A DNA stretch of 63,394 nt, the filler included, from Octopus bimaculoides (lineage: Eukaryota), in NCBI RefSeq assembly GCF_001194135.2. It is 4 parts of 3 records of this genome, joined end to end, with 100 filler letters (N's around TTAATTAATTAA, not from the genome) between each part and the next. Parts side by side here need not be neighbours in the genome. Positions count along the whole stretch, not along the records: positions 34,266 to 54,252 come from NC_068993.1; positions 54,353 to 63,394 come from NC_069001.1; 2 more parts are not named here. One strand, given 5' to 3'. Each line of letters begins with the position of its first letter. Within the stretch, counting starts at the first letter, position 1. The notes beneath the pieces are model-generated. The model saw only the letters and a program-made list of their open reading frames with translations. It did not search any database and was not told where the DNA came from. Positions 51,714-63,154 of the stretch are shown in pieces. The position numbers were made by a program, and so were the translations under genes.

Positions 51714-53741
51714 GTTCATGTTTTATTTCCTTCAGGAAAAATTTAAGTAAAAGGCGTCCGCAGTAGTTTTTGAAATCAATGTAGATTTGAACCGAAAGAA
51801 GCCCACTCATTTATCGGAATATTTAACAGTCGATTTTATAGATATTCTCTTCTCCATAATTATTGATTATTATTGTATCCACCCTACCCTTGAACGGGAA
51901 CGAAGCTAGTCAACAACTATAAAATCGGAACTTAGAACTCACCCATAAGTATTTATGCGTATCCACGATGCGTTTCTGCATAGTTTCCGTCTACCAAATT
52001 CGCTAAAAGGGCATTGAAATGGGAGAAGTTGTGCGAGAGTACGATGCCCACTTGCGAGAATGAACTGGACCGCTACATATAAATAGTAGCGGCCTGAGTA
52101 AATGAGGTAGTTAGAAGTGTAGTTGTTTGGGCACCTGCTGGCCTGTGTCTCCGATAACTGGCAGCAAAACGGGAGTATTTCTGCGTCTATGAGCCAGGGA
52201 GTGGTGATACTGATCAGGAAGGCGTAATTGACAACTTTAAGCCCATCACTTAACACTCTAAAGATGTGCAGGATATAACAGGAACCTATAAAATTGCGAG
52301 CAGATATAGACAATCGCATATGCACACCGACAATCTTTGTATGGGACATCTGGAGCAAGAGAGAATTGCGTCAGTACTCTGTAGGTATACATTTTCAATT
52401 GAGTAACTTGGAACAACGTGTAATGCAGTGTCTTACGCAAGGACATAATGCACAGCCCATTCAAAGAATCGAACACACAATCTTATGACCTGATCGTCAG
52501 CCCAACACCCTAACTCTAAGCCAAAGTGCTTTCACAAAGACCAAGACGCAAGGATGTGTATTAACTAATACATGCACACAAATACATTTACATAAGCACA
52601 TACGTTAATGCCTAAATGTCATTCGCTTTAATAGATTACATGCAGGTAAATTATTTTAGGGGTGTAGCATAATTAATTTTATCTAAATGAAAGTCTTTTG
52701 TCTTGTGATTAAATGGGAAAATGGAAAATTCTTCCTGCCTATGAATCGAAACTGAATAACGACTTTGGCTCACCGGAAACTTAACTCTTTCTTGTTCTAA
52801 CGGCGCCTTACTACACGACAAACTATCAGTATTAGCAACATTAAATTAGCTATTTGATAACTGTTCCGCTCAGATGAACAGTGAGTGTAAATCGCTCGTA
52901 ACAGAGATGTCTCAAAGCCACGTTCTCAGCCTTCGTCCGCCGACCAATCCAGAAATTAAGTCCATTGAAAAAGTAATCTCAGATAATTTCAATCACCGTC
53001 TAATATTAATATTATCGATATCTTAATCATAATAATTACAACCAACAGATTAAAAAGGAGAAAAAAGAAAACAAAAACAAATCAAAACAAAAGTTAAAAG
53101 GAAAATGGAAAAGAGGGTATAAACACTACGTTACAAGCGAGCTAAAAAGATTTATAAATAAAGGCAACGCAGCAAATATAATTCAGCCAACTATTACGAG
53201 ATGTTTGAATAAATCTATAAATGGCCGCTATTACATTGCAATGGCGGACAACTTAACAAAATGTTATTGACGGATTTAGATCCAGGCGATCAAGGCAGCT
53301 TTTATCATGGCGTCCCGGATTAGTACTCTGGACTCGTTTATTAATACCGCGGGGAAGCCTGCATGCTTATATANNNNNNNNNNNNNNNNNNNNNNNNNNN
53401 NNNNNNNNNNNNNNNNNNNNNNNNNNNNNNNNNNNNNNNNNNNNNNNNNNNNNNNNNNNNNNNNNNNNNNNNNNNNNNNNNNNNNNNNNNNNNNNNNNNN
53501 NNNNNNNNNNNNNNNNNNNNNNNNNNNNNNNNNNNNNNNNNNNNNNNNNNNNNNNNNNNNNNNNNNNNNNNNNNNNNNNNNNNNNNNNNNNNNNNNNNNN
53601 NNNNNNNNNNNNATATATGGGCGCACGTATACATGAATTTGCCAATATGCATGTATACGTGTATTTGAGTGTGTATGCATATATATTTGTTTATTTACAT
53701 TTATACAAACATATGTATTTATATTCATTATACATATCTAA

Positions 53742-53784
<43 letters not shown>

Positions 53785-54252
53785 CGTTTGTGTGTGCGCC
53801 CGCACGCTCGTATTTATATGTATGTAGTTATAAATATGTATGTATCTATATATATGTATTATACATACATACATACATACATACATATATTTACCGGAAT
53901 CTGCCAAATTCTTTACTTTCCCTTCCTTCGGTCATTTCCATCGAGTGGTTCGCACGTTGCCTTCTTTCTACTGCATTATTCCAATTAATTGCCGTGTCAG
54001 TAACCATATTGAACTAGAAGCTAAAATACTTCAAAGTCCCGTAATTTCGGTTTCAATTTTCTGTTAATGATATACGCAAACTATATAAATAGAAATTAAT
54101 ATCTTCACTATAAAATTATGATTAAAACAATCAATTTTTTCGTTCTTGCTCTTCCCTATTGGAATGTAAGAATTAATCTCTAGTCGGCTTGCACAAATTA
54201 ATATGAGGATATATTAGTTTGAATAAGGTAGCATGTGCTTTAAGTGTTTGTC

Positions 54253-54352
54253 NNNNNNNNNNNNNNNNNNNNNNNNNNNNNNNNNNNNNNNNNNNNTTAA
54301 TTAATTAANNNNNNNNNNNNNNNNNNNNNNNNNNNNNNNNNNNNNNNNNNNN
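54253..54352. other. 100-bp assembly gap placeholder with TTAATTAATTAA spacer (also 17504-17603 and 34166-34265)
   Basis: Same layout three times: about 44 N + TTAATTAATTAA + about 44 N. Confidence 0.9.
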
Positions 54353-54391
<39 letters not shown>

Positions 54392-54734
54392 CTATGTGTG
54401 TATGTATTTGTACATATATGTATATATTTATGAATATGGGCATGCACGAGTTTTCTTGCATAAGATAATTAAGAAAATAATCTATGGCAAACACAATTTC
54501 TTGCAAAAACCCAGGGCTAATTCAAGGGAAATAACAATCAAAGTATTCTTATAAGCTGCCTCTTGTAATTGGTGTATTTATTTTCAAATTCCATTCAGTC
54601 CAGTGAATCTCGTGTTTTTCCTATCCAAAATGGAGACAAGTACCTACACTTCCAAGTGACATACTTGAATAATTGCAAAGACCTCTTCACATGAAAGCAT
54701 TGGTAGCTTTAAGACCCCAAAAAAGGTGCTCCTC

Positions 54735-56297
54735 TATGCTGGGAGCTCCTCTATGCTAATGACCTTGCTCTAATTGCTGAGTCACTATCAGAACTAGAGG
54801 AAAAGTTTCAGGTGTGAAAGCAAGGATTAGAATCGTAGGGCCTTAGAGTCAACCTAGCTAAAACCAAAGTCCTAATAAGTAAGAAGGTAGACAAACCACA
54901 AACCCCTTCAGGTAGTTGGCCCTGCTCAATCTGTAGAAAAGGCGTAGGTAGAAACTCCATAAGATGTACTCAGTGTAAGCTATAGACACCTAAGAGGTGC
55001 AGCAATATCAAAGGAAGGCTAACTGGGAAGATAGTTTTTGTACGTGGCAGATGCTCATGAGCAATAAACACTGAAAATATACAGAGAACAACTTCTGCCA
55101 CATTCCAGGGAGAAAAACTAGACATAGTTGATAGCTTCCATTACCTAGGTGACCAAGTCAGTAGTGGGGGAGGGTGCCTTGAAAGTGTAGCTGCTAGAAT
55201 AAGAATAGCCTGGGCAAAGTTCAGAGAGCTCTTACCTCTGCTGGTGACAAAAGGCCTCTCGCTTAGAGTACAAGGCAGACTGTATGATGCATGTGTATGA
55301 ACAGCCATGCTATATGGCAGTGAAACATGGGCCNNNNNNNNNNNNNNNNNNNNNNNNNNNNNNNNNNNNNNNNNNNNNNNNNNNNNNNNNNNNNNNNNNN
55401 NNNNNNNNNNNNNNNNNNNNNNNNNNNNNNNNNNNNNNNNNNNNNNNNNNNNNNNNNNNNNNNNNNNNNNNNNNNNNNNNNNNNNNNNNNNNNNNNNNNN
55501 NNNNNNNNNNNNNNNNNNNNNNNNNNNNNNNNNNNNNNNNNNNNNNNNNNNNNNNNNNNNNNNNNNNNNNNNNNNNNNNNNNNNNNNNNNNNNNNNNNNN
55601 NNNNNNNNNNNNNNNNNNNNNNNNNNNNNNNNNNNNNNNNNNNNNNNNNNNNNNNNNNNNNNNNNNNNNNNNNNNNNNNNNNNNNNNNNNNNNNNNNNNN
55701 NNNAAATCGAACCAAATTTGACGACTGGCACCCATGCCAACCTTCCTTCATTGGACACTAAACTCTGTTTGTGAAGACCTGTTGGGGTAAGTGAAATCGA
55801 AAATGAACCAAATTCGATGACTGGCACCCGTGCCAGTGGATCGCTAACAGTTCCATTCGAGCGGGATCACTGCCAGAGCAGCTGTCTGGCTTCCATGCCC
55901 ATGGCACATAAAAATCACCATTTGAGCGTGATCGTTACCAACGTCACCTTACTGGCACTTGTGCCGGTGGCACGTGAACAAAACATTCGAGCGAGGTCGT
56001 TGCCAGTGTCACTGGACTTATTCCTGTGCAGGTGGGATGTAAAAAAAACACCATTTGAGCGTGGCTGTTGCCAGCATCGCCAAACTGACCCTCGTGCCGG
56101 TGGCACATAGAAGCACCCACTACACTCTTTGAGTGGTTGGCGTTAGGAAGGACATCCAGCTGTAGAAACTCTGCCAGATCAGATTGGAGCCTGGTGTAGC
56201 TATCTGGTTTCACCAGTCCTCAGTCAAATCGTCCAATCCATGCTAGCATGGAAAGCGGACATTAAACGATGAGGATGATGATGATGATGATGATGAT
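54735..56297 (+). mobile_element. 5'-truncated RTE-clade LINE: reverse transcriptase 3' part, 3' UTR and (GAT)n tail
   Basis: WELLYANDL (YADD mutated)...GLRVNLAKTKV...VDSFHYLGD...RIAWAKFRELLPLL...MLYGSETW, with internal stops. N gap at 55334-55703. 3' UTR contains ggcgttaggaaggacatccagc and the palindrome ccatgctagcatgg, then (gat)n. Confidence 0.92.
55830..56115 (+). repeat. Degenerate ~65-bp tandem array within the LINE 3' UTR
   Basis: Units start at 55830, 55895, 55961, 56026 and 56094. Shared motifs: GTGCCGGTGGCAC, CATT(C/T)GAGCG and TGCCAG. Confidence 0.85.
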
Positions 56298-56435
56298 ATA
56301 TACACATACACACACACACTGAAAACAGTGTAGAGTTTAATATTTATTATAATTTCATTGGCTCCTTCAAATAATTTGAATAAGCCACTAATCAGTAAAA
56401 CTTTGAAGTTACTGTCAATGAAATTATAACATATG

Positions 56436-56473
<38 letters not shown>

Positions 56474-56477
56474 GTAA

Positions 56478-56683
56478 GTGCTGAAAGGTTCCTGACTTTG
56501 GGCAAAAGAAAATACAGAGGATCTGGTTAATTATGATTTTATTCAACATATTCCCCTCTCAGATTCACACACTTATTGCAGCAGTCCTTCTTCAGTTTTT
56601 CTAAGCCCTGTAAAAGAACTCAGAATGTCAGGCCTCCAACCATGATACCCTTAAAGCTAGGAACTTTTCAGCACCCCCTCGTA
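56478..56683 (-). mobile_element. Mariner-derived MITE, second copy
   Basis: TIRs gtgctgaaaggttcctgacttt ... aaagctaggaacttttcagcaccccctcgta, followed by TA. Same family as 11799-12019. Confidence 0.75.
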
Positions 56684-57169
56684 TATATGTGTGAGTGTGT
56701 GTATCACCCATATTTCCTTAAACTTGAGTTGCAGAAGTCTGAACTTAGAGAAATTGCAAAGTATAACAACTAATTTTCAGACACAGCCTGACATTTTACC
56801 CTTATGGAAATTCAAGTCAATTTTAACAATTTTAAAAACTAAAATCACATTTTGCATATTTTTTCTAACCTCACCAGAATCCCCCCACCCTATTTGTTTG
56901 TGTGTGCATCAATTCAACAGACTTTGTTGCTCAATGATCTCAGCATATTTGGTACATCTACCTGCTCCTTCTTTATCTCCTCATCACAAATTCAACTGAT
57001 TTGTTACTATAATCAAGTACTCTTTTCATGTTCTCATATTGTCATGTTCATAGTAATAAGACAACTACTTTCTACTGGCACAGAATATCACTACTTTAAT
57101 CACAATCTACTGTTTCTTGTTTATCACTACTACTGTAAGCATTAAATACTAAGTCATAGGGTGTATTAT

Positions 57170-57960
57170 TACCCTTATTCAAAATGACTGGCAAAATGAC
57201 CATCAAATGATAGCAAATGTAGTGCAAAAAGAAGTCATAAAGAGGTTTGATATTGAAGTTTCTCAAACATTTGATGCAGGAATAAAACCTCAGTAACACT
57301 GGAACATCTACAGTAAGAACAATATGTGACAATAAAAGTAAAATTAGGTGAAGTAATGAAGCAGCTTCTCATTTAATTGCTCAGATGTTGCTTTTTATAC
57401 ATCTGAAATGAAGTAATGCTTATTATGGAATGACTTTGAGAGGGTAGATTGACAATCAGATAGGATGTAATGATGGTCCATCAAGTGAAAACTAAAAGTT
57501 TGTTTGATGATTTGCAGAAAGTACAAGGTACATCTGATATAATATATTTCTTGCTAGTAATAACTAGTTTGAGAAGTTTAAGAGGTGCCTTAATTTTCCA
57601 CAACATTAAAATGACTAGTGAAGCTGTCAGAGTTGATTTAGAGGTTGCAACTGATCTTGAAGGAGGCTATGTACTAAAACATGTGCATGATGTTGAAAAA
57701 AAACTAGTTGTTTTCTGGAAGTACCAGGCCTTAAAGCAACCAACAATTGTTTGACACTTCTAGTAGGAGGAAATGCTAGTGGTGATGTAAAACTAAAGTG
57801 TCAACACGAGTAAAATTTGAAATCAAAGGATCCTAAAGAGCTATACCAAGGTTAATCTTTCAATGATTTTGTTTTCAAATAGGAAGGGTTAAATGATTAT
57901 GAGACTTTTCAAAGAATGATTTATAAATATTTTTTTCTCTTCATTACAGCTTTTCACCAC
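57170..57960 (+). mobile_element. Tigger/pogo-family transposase relic inside a YRDC intron
   Basis: Frameshifted segments EVIKRFD, STVRTICDNKSKIR, KTKSLFDDLQK, HNIKMTSEAVRVDLEVA, GGY...VFWK and LLVGGNASGDVKLK occur in the order expected for a pogo/CENP-B-like HTH-DDE transposase. Confidence 0.8.
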
Positions 57961-58069
57961 CCAAAGAACTTACATGAGTTTTCTGATTATATTAGAGTGG
58001 AATACTTCTCTCAGAATGCACACACATGTACAATGTGAAAAATATATCAAAGAATGTTTGAAACTTTAC

Positions 58070-58304
58070 TTTTATGGACAATGGACTTTGTTGGTCACTT
58101 ATGTTAGCACTTGTGAGGGCAATGGGTCCATCAACAGTCCGAGCCAAACCTCGTACGAATGAGTGATCTGGAATACGTATACCAACATAATTTGTATCAG
58201 GATTCAAATACTGGTTCAGTTGTTGGGACCGCTGAAACACTAAGGTGACAGGTCCAGGAAGTAAATCATGTAAAAGTGAAGTGGGGACAGTCACATTGCA
58301 CCAT
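58070..58304 (-). CDS. YRDC: YRDC coding exon (central part of Sua5/YrdC domain)
   Basis: Translates WCNVTVPTSLLHDLLPGPVTLVFQRSQQLNQYLNPDTNYVGIRIPDHSFVRGLARTVDGPIALTSANISDQQSPLSIK, with motifs PGPxT, GIRIP and TSAN. Acceptor ttttgtttcag|A completes the AA|A Lys codon from the previous exon. Donor |gtaaag. 235 nt, phase 0 end. Confidence 0.95.
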
Positions 58305-58334
58305 CTGAAACAAAACAAAATAATAATGATAATA

Positions 58335-58740
58335 ATTGTTTCTAATTTAGGCACAAAGCCCACAAATTTGAGAGAAAGGGGTTAGTCAATATCATTGACC
58401 CCAATACTAGATTAGTACTTTACTTTATCAAACCTTGGGGAATGAAAAGTAAAATTGATATTGATGGAATTGAACTCAAAGTGTTGGTGCATAAAAACAC
58501 CAGACATTTTTCCAACACTCCTATGATTTTGCTGGCTTGTCTTAATAATGGTTTCTGATTTAGGTGTAAGACCAAGATTTTAAGGGGAGGGGGTTAGTTG
58601 ATTCTATCAACCCCAATACTTGACTAAAAGGATGAAAGACAAAGCTGACCCCATCAGGAATTGAACTCAGAATGTAAAAAGCCAGAACAAATGCTGCAAG
58701 ACATTTTTTCTGATACTCTGATGATTCTGCTAGTTTACTG
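58335..58740 (-). mobile_element. Two CpG-eroded family B SINE copies in a YRDC intron
   Basis: Motif order is conserved, but consensus CpGs read as TpG/CpA (gtcgat to gtcaat, atcgac to attgac, aacgt to aatgt). Confidence 0.75.
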
Positions 58741-59815
58741 TTTTTGAATAATAATAAAATTTATTTATGCATGACACAGTATAAATTAGTGGAACTGAAA
58801 TAAAAATTAAAACATCATAAAGCCTTACTGTGGGTTAAATAAGAATGTATATACAAGCCAATCCAGGAGAAAAATGAGAAATCAAAAAATTTTACAGAAT
58901 CAAGATTGAATGTGCCTTTTGCACCAATGAGAATCCTGATGATAATTTCTTAATAATAACAAATTCTTCTTATGTAGATGGAAGGCCACAAAACTATAAC
59001 AGGATGAAAAAAAAAGTATAGTGGATCAAAGTGACACCCAGAACTTGCCCAGTAATTTTTTGTCAAATCCTGAGGGGAAGAAATTCAGACAACCTCCTCT
59101 TGGGAGGAGACTGAAACTAAATACAAGATATTTTGTCTGACACTCTACTAATTCTGCTGATCAAAGTCTTCATGAAAATAATAATAATCTTTGGCACATT
59201 TTATTAAAGCAAAAGGGATGAGAGAGGCAAAATCACATAAGGGTAAAAGAGGAAAAGTTATAGAAGGGTAAGAGACAAAGTTGTATGATAAAAGAAGCAA
59301 TCACAGAAGAGTTACAGACAAACTCTAAGAAGGGTGACAAGAAAAGGTTTTTGTTTTGTAGTAGAAAGCAGAGGGTTACATTTTAGAAGGGTCTTTCAAA
59401 ACTGGTGAGATTGATACTGTTTATGTTCAGCTTGAGCATCTGTCAGAAATACTTTGGAACTGAAGGAATTCCAAATGGTTGCTGTTTTGGGGACATAAAA
59501 ACCAAATATTACTGAAACAAGAACAACAGAATAGATAAATTCATCATGAACCCAATGGCGTACACAATCACCATCTTCAATGACAAACCAAATGATGAAC
59601 AAATGAACAAGCTTTTATGTGGCTGACTGATCTGCTAGAAACACCAGTAAAATATTCCTCAAATAACAACCATTTCCAAAGATGCATTCAATAATGTGAT
59701 CCAAGATAGAGTATGACTAAATAAAAGACAAGATGCTCAGGGATGGGATGCTTCTCTTCATAGATAACAAATAATAAAAACAACAAATCAAATGACTGAT
59801 AAAAAGAATTCTTAC

Positions 59816-60011
59816 TTGGAAATATCCTTGACATCAGCAATGCTAATGGCAATAGGTTTCAATGGATTGCGCTTCTTTATCTTGTATATACTGTCAACGG
59901 CATCATTATTTTGGGCAAGACAAGCAATACCATAGATAGTGTCGGTGGGAACAGCAATCACACCTCCAGACAGCAATTTCTTGGCAGCAATAGTTATTTG
60001 AGGCTTCAGGT
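59816..60011 (-). CDS. YRDC: YRDC coding exon (N-terminal part of Sua5/YrdC domain)
   Basis: Translates (D)LKPQITIAAKKLLSGGVIAVPTDTIYGIACLAQNNDAVDSIYKIKKRNPLKPIAISIADVKDIS(K), with the YrdC motifs PTDTxYG and KxR...KP. Acceptor ttcttatatttctag| at 60012, donor |gtaag at 59815. Phase 1 start, phase 2 end. Confidence 0.95.
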
Positions 60012-61949
60012 CTAGAAATATAAGAAAAAGACTTTGCAACTAAAGGGTTCAAAACGTTTTGAAAAATAAATTATAAGCCAGTGAGGATGCCTCTACACAG
60101 TGGTTCAACCTATTGGAAATTGCAATCGAATTACCTTTAAATCACACCCTACCAAACCTCAAGCCCACAAATGTGCTATATTTTCACTCTGCTTTTTATA
60201 TTGCTGCTACAGCTGGCTGTTTTCATGATACTTTCACACAGGCCCACCCAACTCACTTATCTCTTCTTATTCATAGTGTCAGCCAGACTCTGGAATAGCA
60301 CAAACCATTTCTCCAGTCCTTCTTCAGTTAAATATCATTCTTTTGGAATTTAACCTTCCACATATCTTGTCTGCAGCTGTGAACTTGCGTTTATATATGA
60401 AGAACAAATACACCCTCTTGGAGGCCATGAGCACAACACCTTCCTAACCATTATTTAAAAAAATCAAGGATACATCAAGGAAAATTAACCTCAGCAGGAT
60501 TTGAACTTAGAACATAAAGAGCAAGAAATGCTGCTAGGTCGCACATTTTCAAATATATTTTATCACAGGTCTGTTGAATCAGAGTGGAATGTATGTACTA
60601 CATTATACAATATGTATATGTCAATAAGATAGTGCAGCTTGATATAACTGTGATTTGGCTGCTATTTCTAGCAGGTTGAGCGACCACATAGTGCTTCCCT
60701 TTGATCCTAATTATCCACACACGGCCTCACTTAATTAAGGAAGGGATAAAAATTTAAATTACCATTTTTTTGTTGATACTTATATCCTACCAATGGAGCA
60801 TGCATGTGGTCTACTGATATTATCATTAAGTGGGGAGGAGTAAAAAAAAAAAAAAAAAAAAATCAAATTTTCCAACCCATTTTTTTCATAAAAAGATGTT
60901 CCCCACCATTTTGAAGGCTGTGGTGAAAAACAATTGGAAAAATCCCCATCAAAACGAATAAATTCCAACTTATGTTGTCTTCTTGATCTGAAACTCCTCT
61001 CCCCACCCCCTTGGAAAAAATTTTTCCCCACAAATTTCTTTATAATTCATTTGAAAGGTATTTGTATAAACTTTCATTAAAAGATATCCATTTTCCTGAA
61101 AGTTATGAGGGAAAAATTGAATCGTGTGAATTTTCTGAAAGCTCCCCTATTCATTTGCACAAATGTTTTTCATATTCGTTTTCTACACATTTTTTTATAA
61201 CTATTAGTCTAGGTTTTTTGGGNNNNNNNNNNNNNNNNNNNNTTGGAAAATATTTTCCCCGTAATTTTTTTATATAATCGTAATCTATGCCATTTGAAAG
61301 GTATTTCCAAAAAAATTCATGAATATATATCCATTTTCCTGAAAGTTATGAGGGAAAAATTGAATCGTGTGAATTTTCTGAAAGCTCCCCTATTCATTTG
61401 CACAAATGTTTTTCATATTCGTTTTCTACACATTTTTTTATAACTATTAGTCTAGGTTTTTTGGGTTTTTTTTGGTTTTGGTGACCGGGTGTTAAACTAT
61501 CAATATATATTAACCAAAACTTTTTACACAAATTAACAATGTTTGTGACAGCTCTGAGACCAAATATGAGTGACTGCCAAAAAAATTTCAAACAAAAAGG
61601 TGTGATTTAAGGGAGATTTAGCTGTTGTTTCTAGCATATCCCATGACTACCTAGTACCTTTCTCACAATTGCATATAGACCTAGAATAAAAAACAAAAAA
61701 AATGTGGAAACTAATTCCTGGTTTTATGCATTAAAAACAAATTGTTACATGTAACAAAATAGGCTTTACATAATTGACAAAAAAAGTTTTCTTTCCAAGA
61801 ACCTGAAAAAACAGGCAACTGATATACCACAGTTACTTTTAATTTGTGTAATTTGAAGATGATTATCACCACAGTTTCAAAGATATGACATCACAAATAC
61901 AGCCAATTAGGTAAGATTTCAACCAATTCGCTGACCATTCAAATTGTCA

Positions 61950-62003
61950 TCTATATATATATAAAGATGAGAATGTGTCTGTCTTTGTGAATCCCTAAAA
62001 CTC
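61950..62003 (+). mobile_element. Probable Helitron 5' terminus remnant
   Basis: a|TCTATATATATATAAAGATGAGAATGTGTCTGTC... begins with TC after an A, the pattern of invertebrate Helitron 5' ends. No matching 3' hairpin/CTRR was confirmed. Confidence 0.5.
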
Positions 62004-62491
62004 CCTAGCAACTAAACCCCATTCACCTGGTCTGTTTGGATGATGTGGCTGTGATTGTTTTCGGTTAGGCATAATCTATAACAGCCTTTCTCAACCTGAT
62101 CATTTCATGTCCCGTTTCGATTGGGGCCTCCGGCTGTATGAAGATTTCCCCCACTCCTGTCAGAAAATGGCTTCAGGAGTTGTGAAGAAAGAATTTGTAC
62201 GTTGTCTGTTTGTGAGAGCTATTCTATTGGACGTCTGTCTAATCATTAAAAGATTTATTTAATTATGAACATAGAAAGAAATTATACATTAATTGCAATT
62301 TTTGTAAGCAGTTTTATCCGTAAAAATTTTATTTGCAGAGAGCAGANNNNNNNNNNAAGAAAGAGAGATAGAGTGAGTGAGTGAGTGAAGTTTTGTGTCA
62401 TTGACTTATGTTGGCTGACACAGCAAGTACGAAGCTTCTGAGGCGGCAGATGACTGGGGTGATTTGGAAGATGTGAAGAAATGCCGTTTTT

Positions 62492-63050
62492 TCAGTGAAG
62501 CGCTTCTTTGAAGGCAACGTTTCTCGTTTTCCCTTCTGATGCACAAATATATAGACTTTGAGGCCTGCCAACACGGGAGCATCCAACGTAAAGTTGACCG
62601 TGGGAGAACACTTGCTCTGTAAGATTTAAACCAACCATCTGCAATGATTGACCCTGTGCCTTATTTATTGTCAGATCGTATCGGAGGGAGTGAGGGACCA
62701 GCGGCCGGTCCATTCAAGATGGTTGCCTGTAGAACTCAGGAGTATAATTTTTTAATTATCATGTGCGTGCCGTTACACATTATTGGAGCATCCAAATTCC
62801 ACAGCAGCATGATAGGCAAGCCAACCTTAAGATGAAGTTCGTGAGGCAGAAGTCCTCCGGGCGTTTGAGAATCAAGGAATTCTGTTGTGAAAAAGGTTGT
62901 ATCATCCGGGTTTTCATGCGTGTCAATGGACTTGAAGGAGAGTTTTTCTCCAGGAAGCAGATCAAGAAGTTTATTATTGATAGCGTCGACTGTTTTATTG
63001 TGAGGCACCAAAATTGCTCTTCCTTGTAGTCAAATTATGTCAAGGCCTTG
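62492..63050 (-). mobile_element. Helitron Pif1-like helicase C-terminal fragment, internally deleted
   Basis: RAILVPHNKTVDAIN...TEFLDSQTPGGLLPHELHLKVGLPIMLLWNLDAPIMCNGT...VLQATILNGPAAG [deletion] TINKAQGQSLQMVGLNLTEQVFSHGQLYVGCSRVG...TRNVAFKEALH*. Confidence 0.92.
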
Positions 63051-63154
63051 ACATATTTCCTGTGTCCTTATATTTGTGAAGGGGAGACAAGCTTCCCCAC
63101 CCAGCTTTAGTCTGCATTCAGGGACATGTTTCTGAGTCATTGCTTGTCATCAGC

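Noticed and set aside
57470-57754. Plus-strand 94-aa ORF as a host exon or overlapping gene
   Set aside because: It is part of the frameshifted Tigger/pogo relic.
61010-61465. Apparent ~230-bp tandem duplication (61084-61222 nearly identical to 61327-61465)
   Set aside because: The copies straddle a 20-N gap. Most likely an unmerged contig or haplotype overlap.
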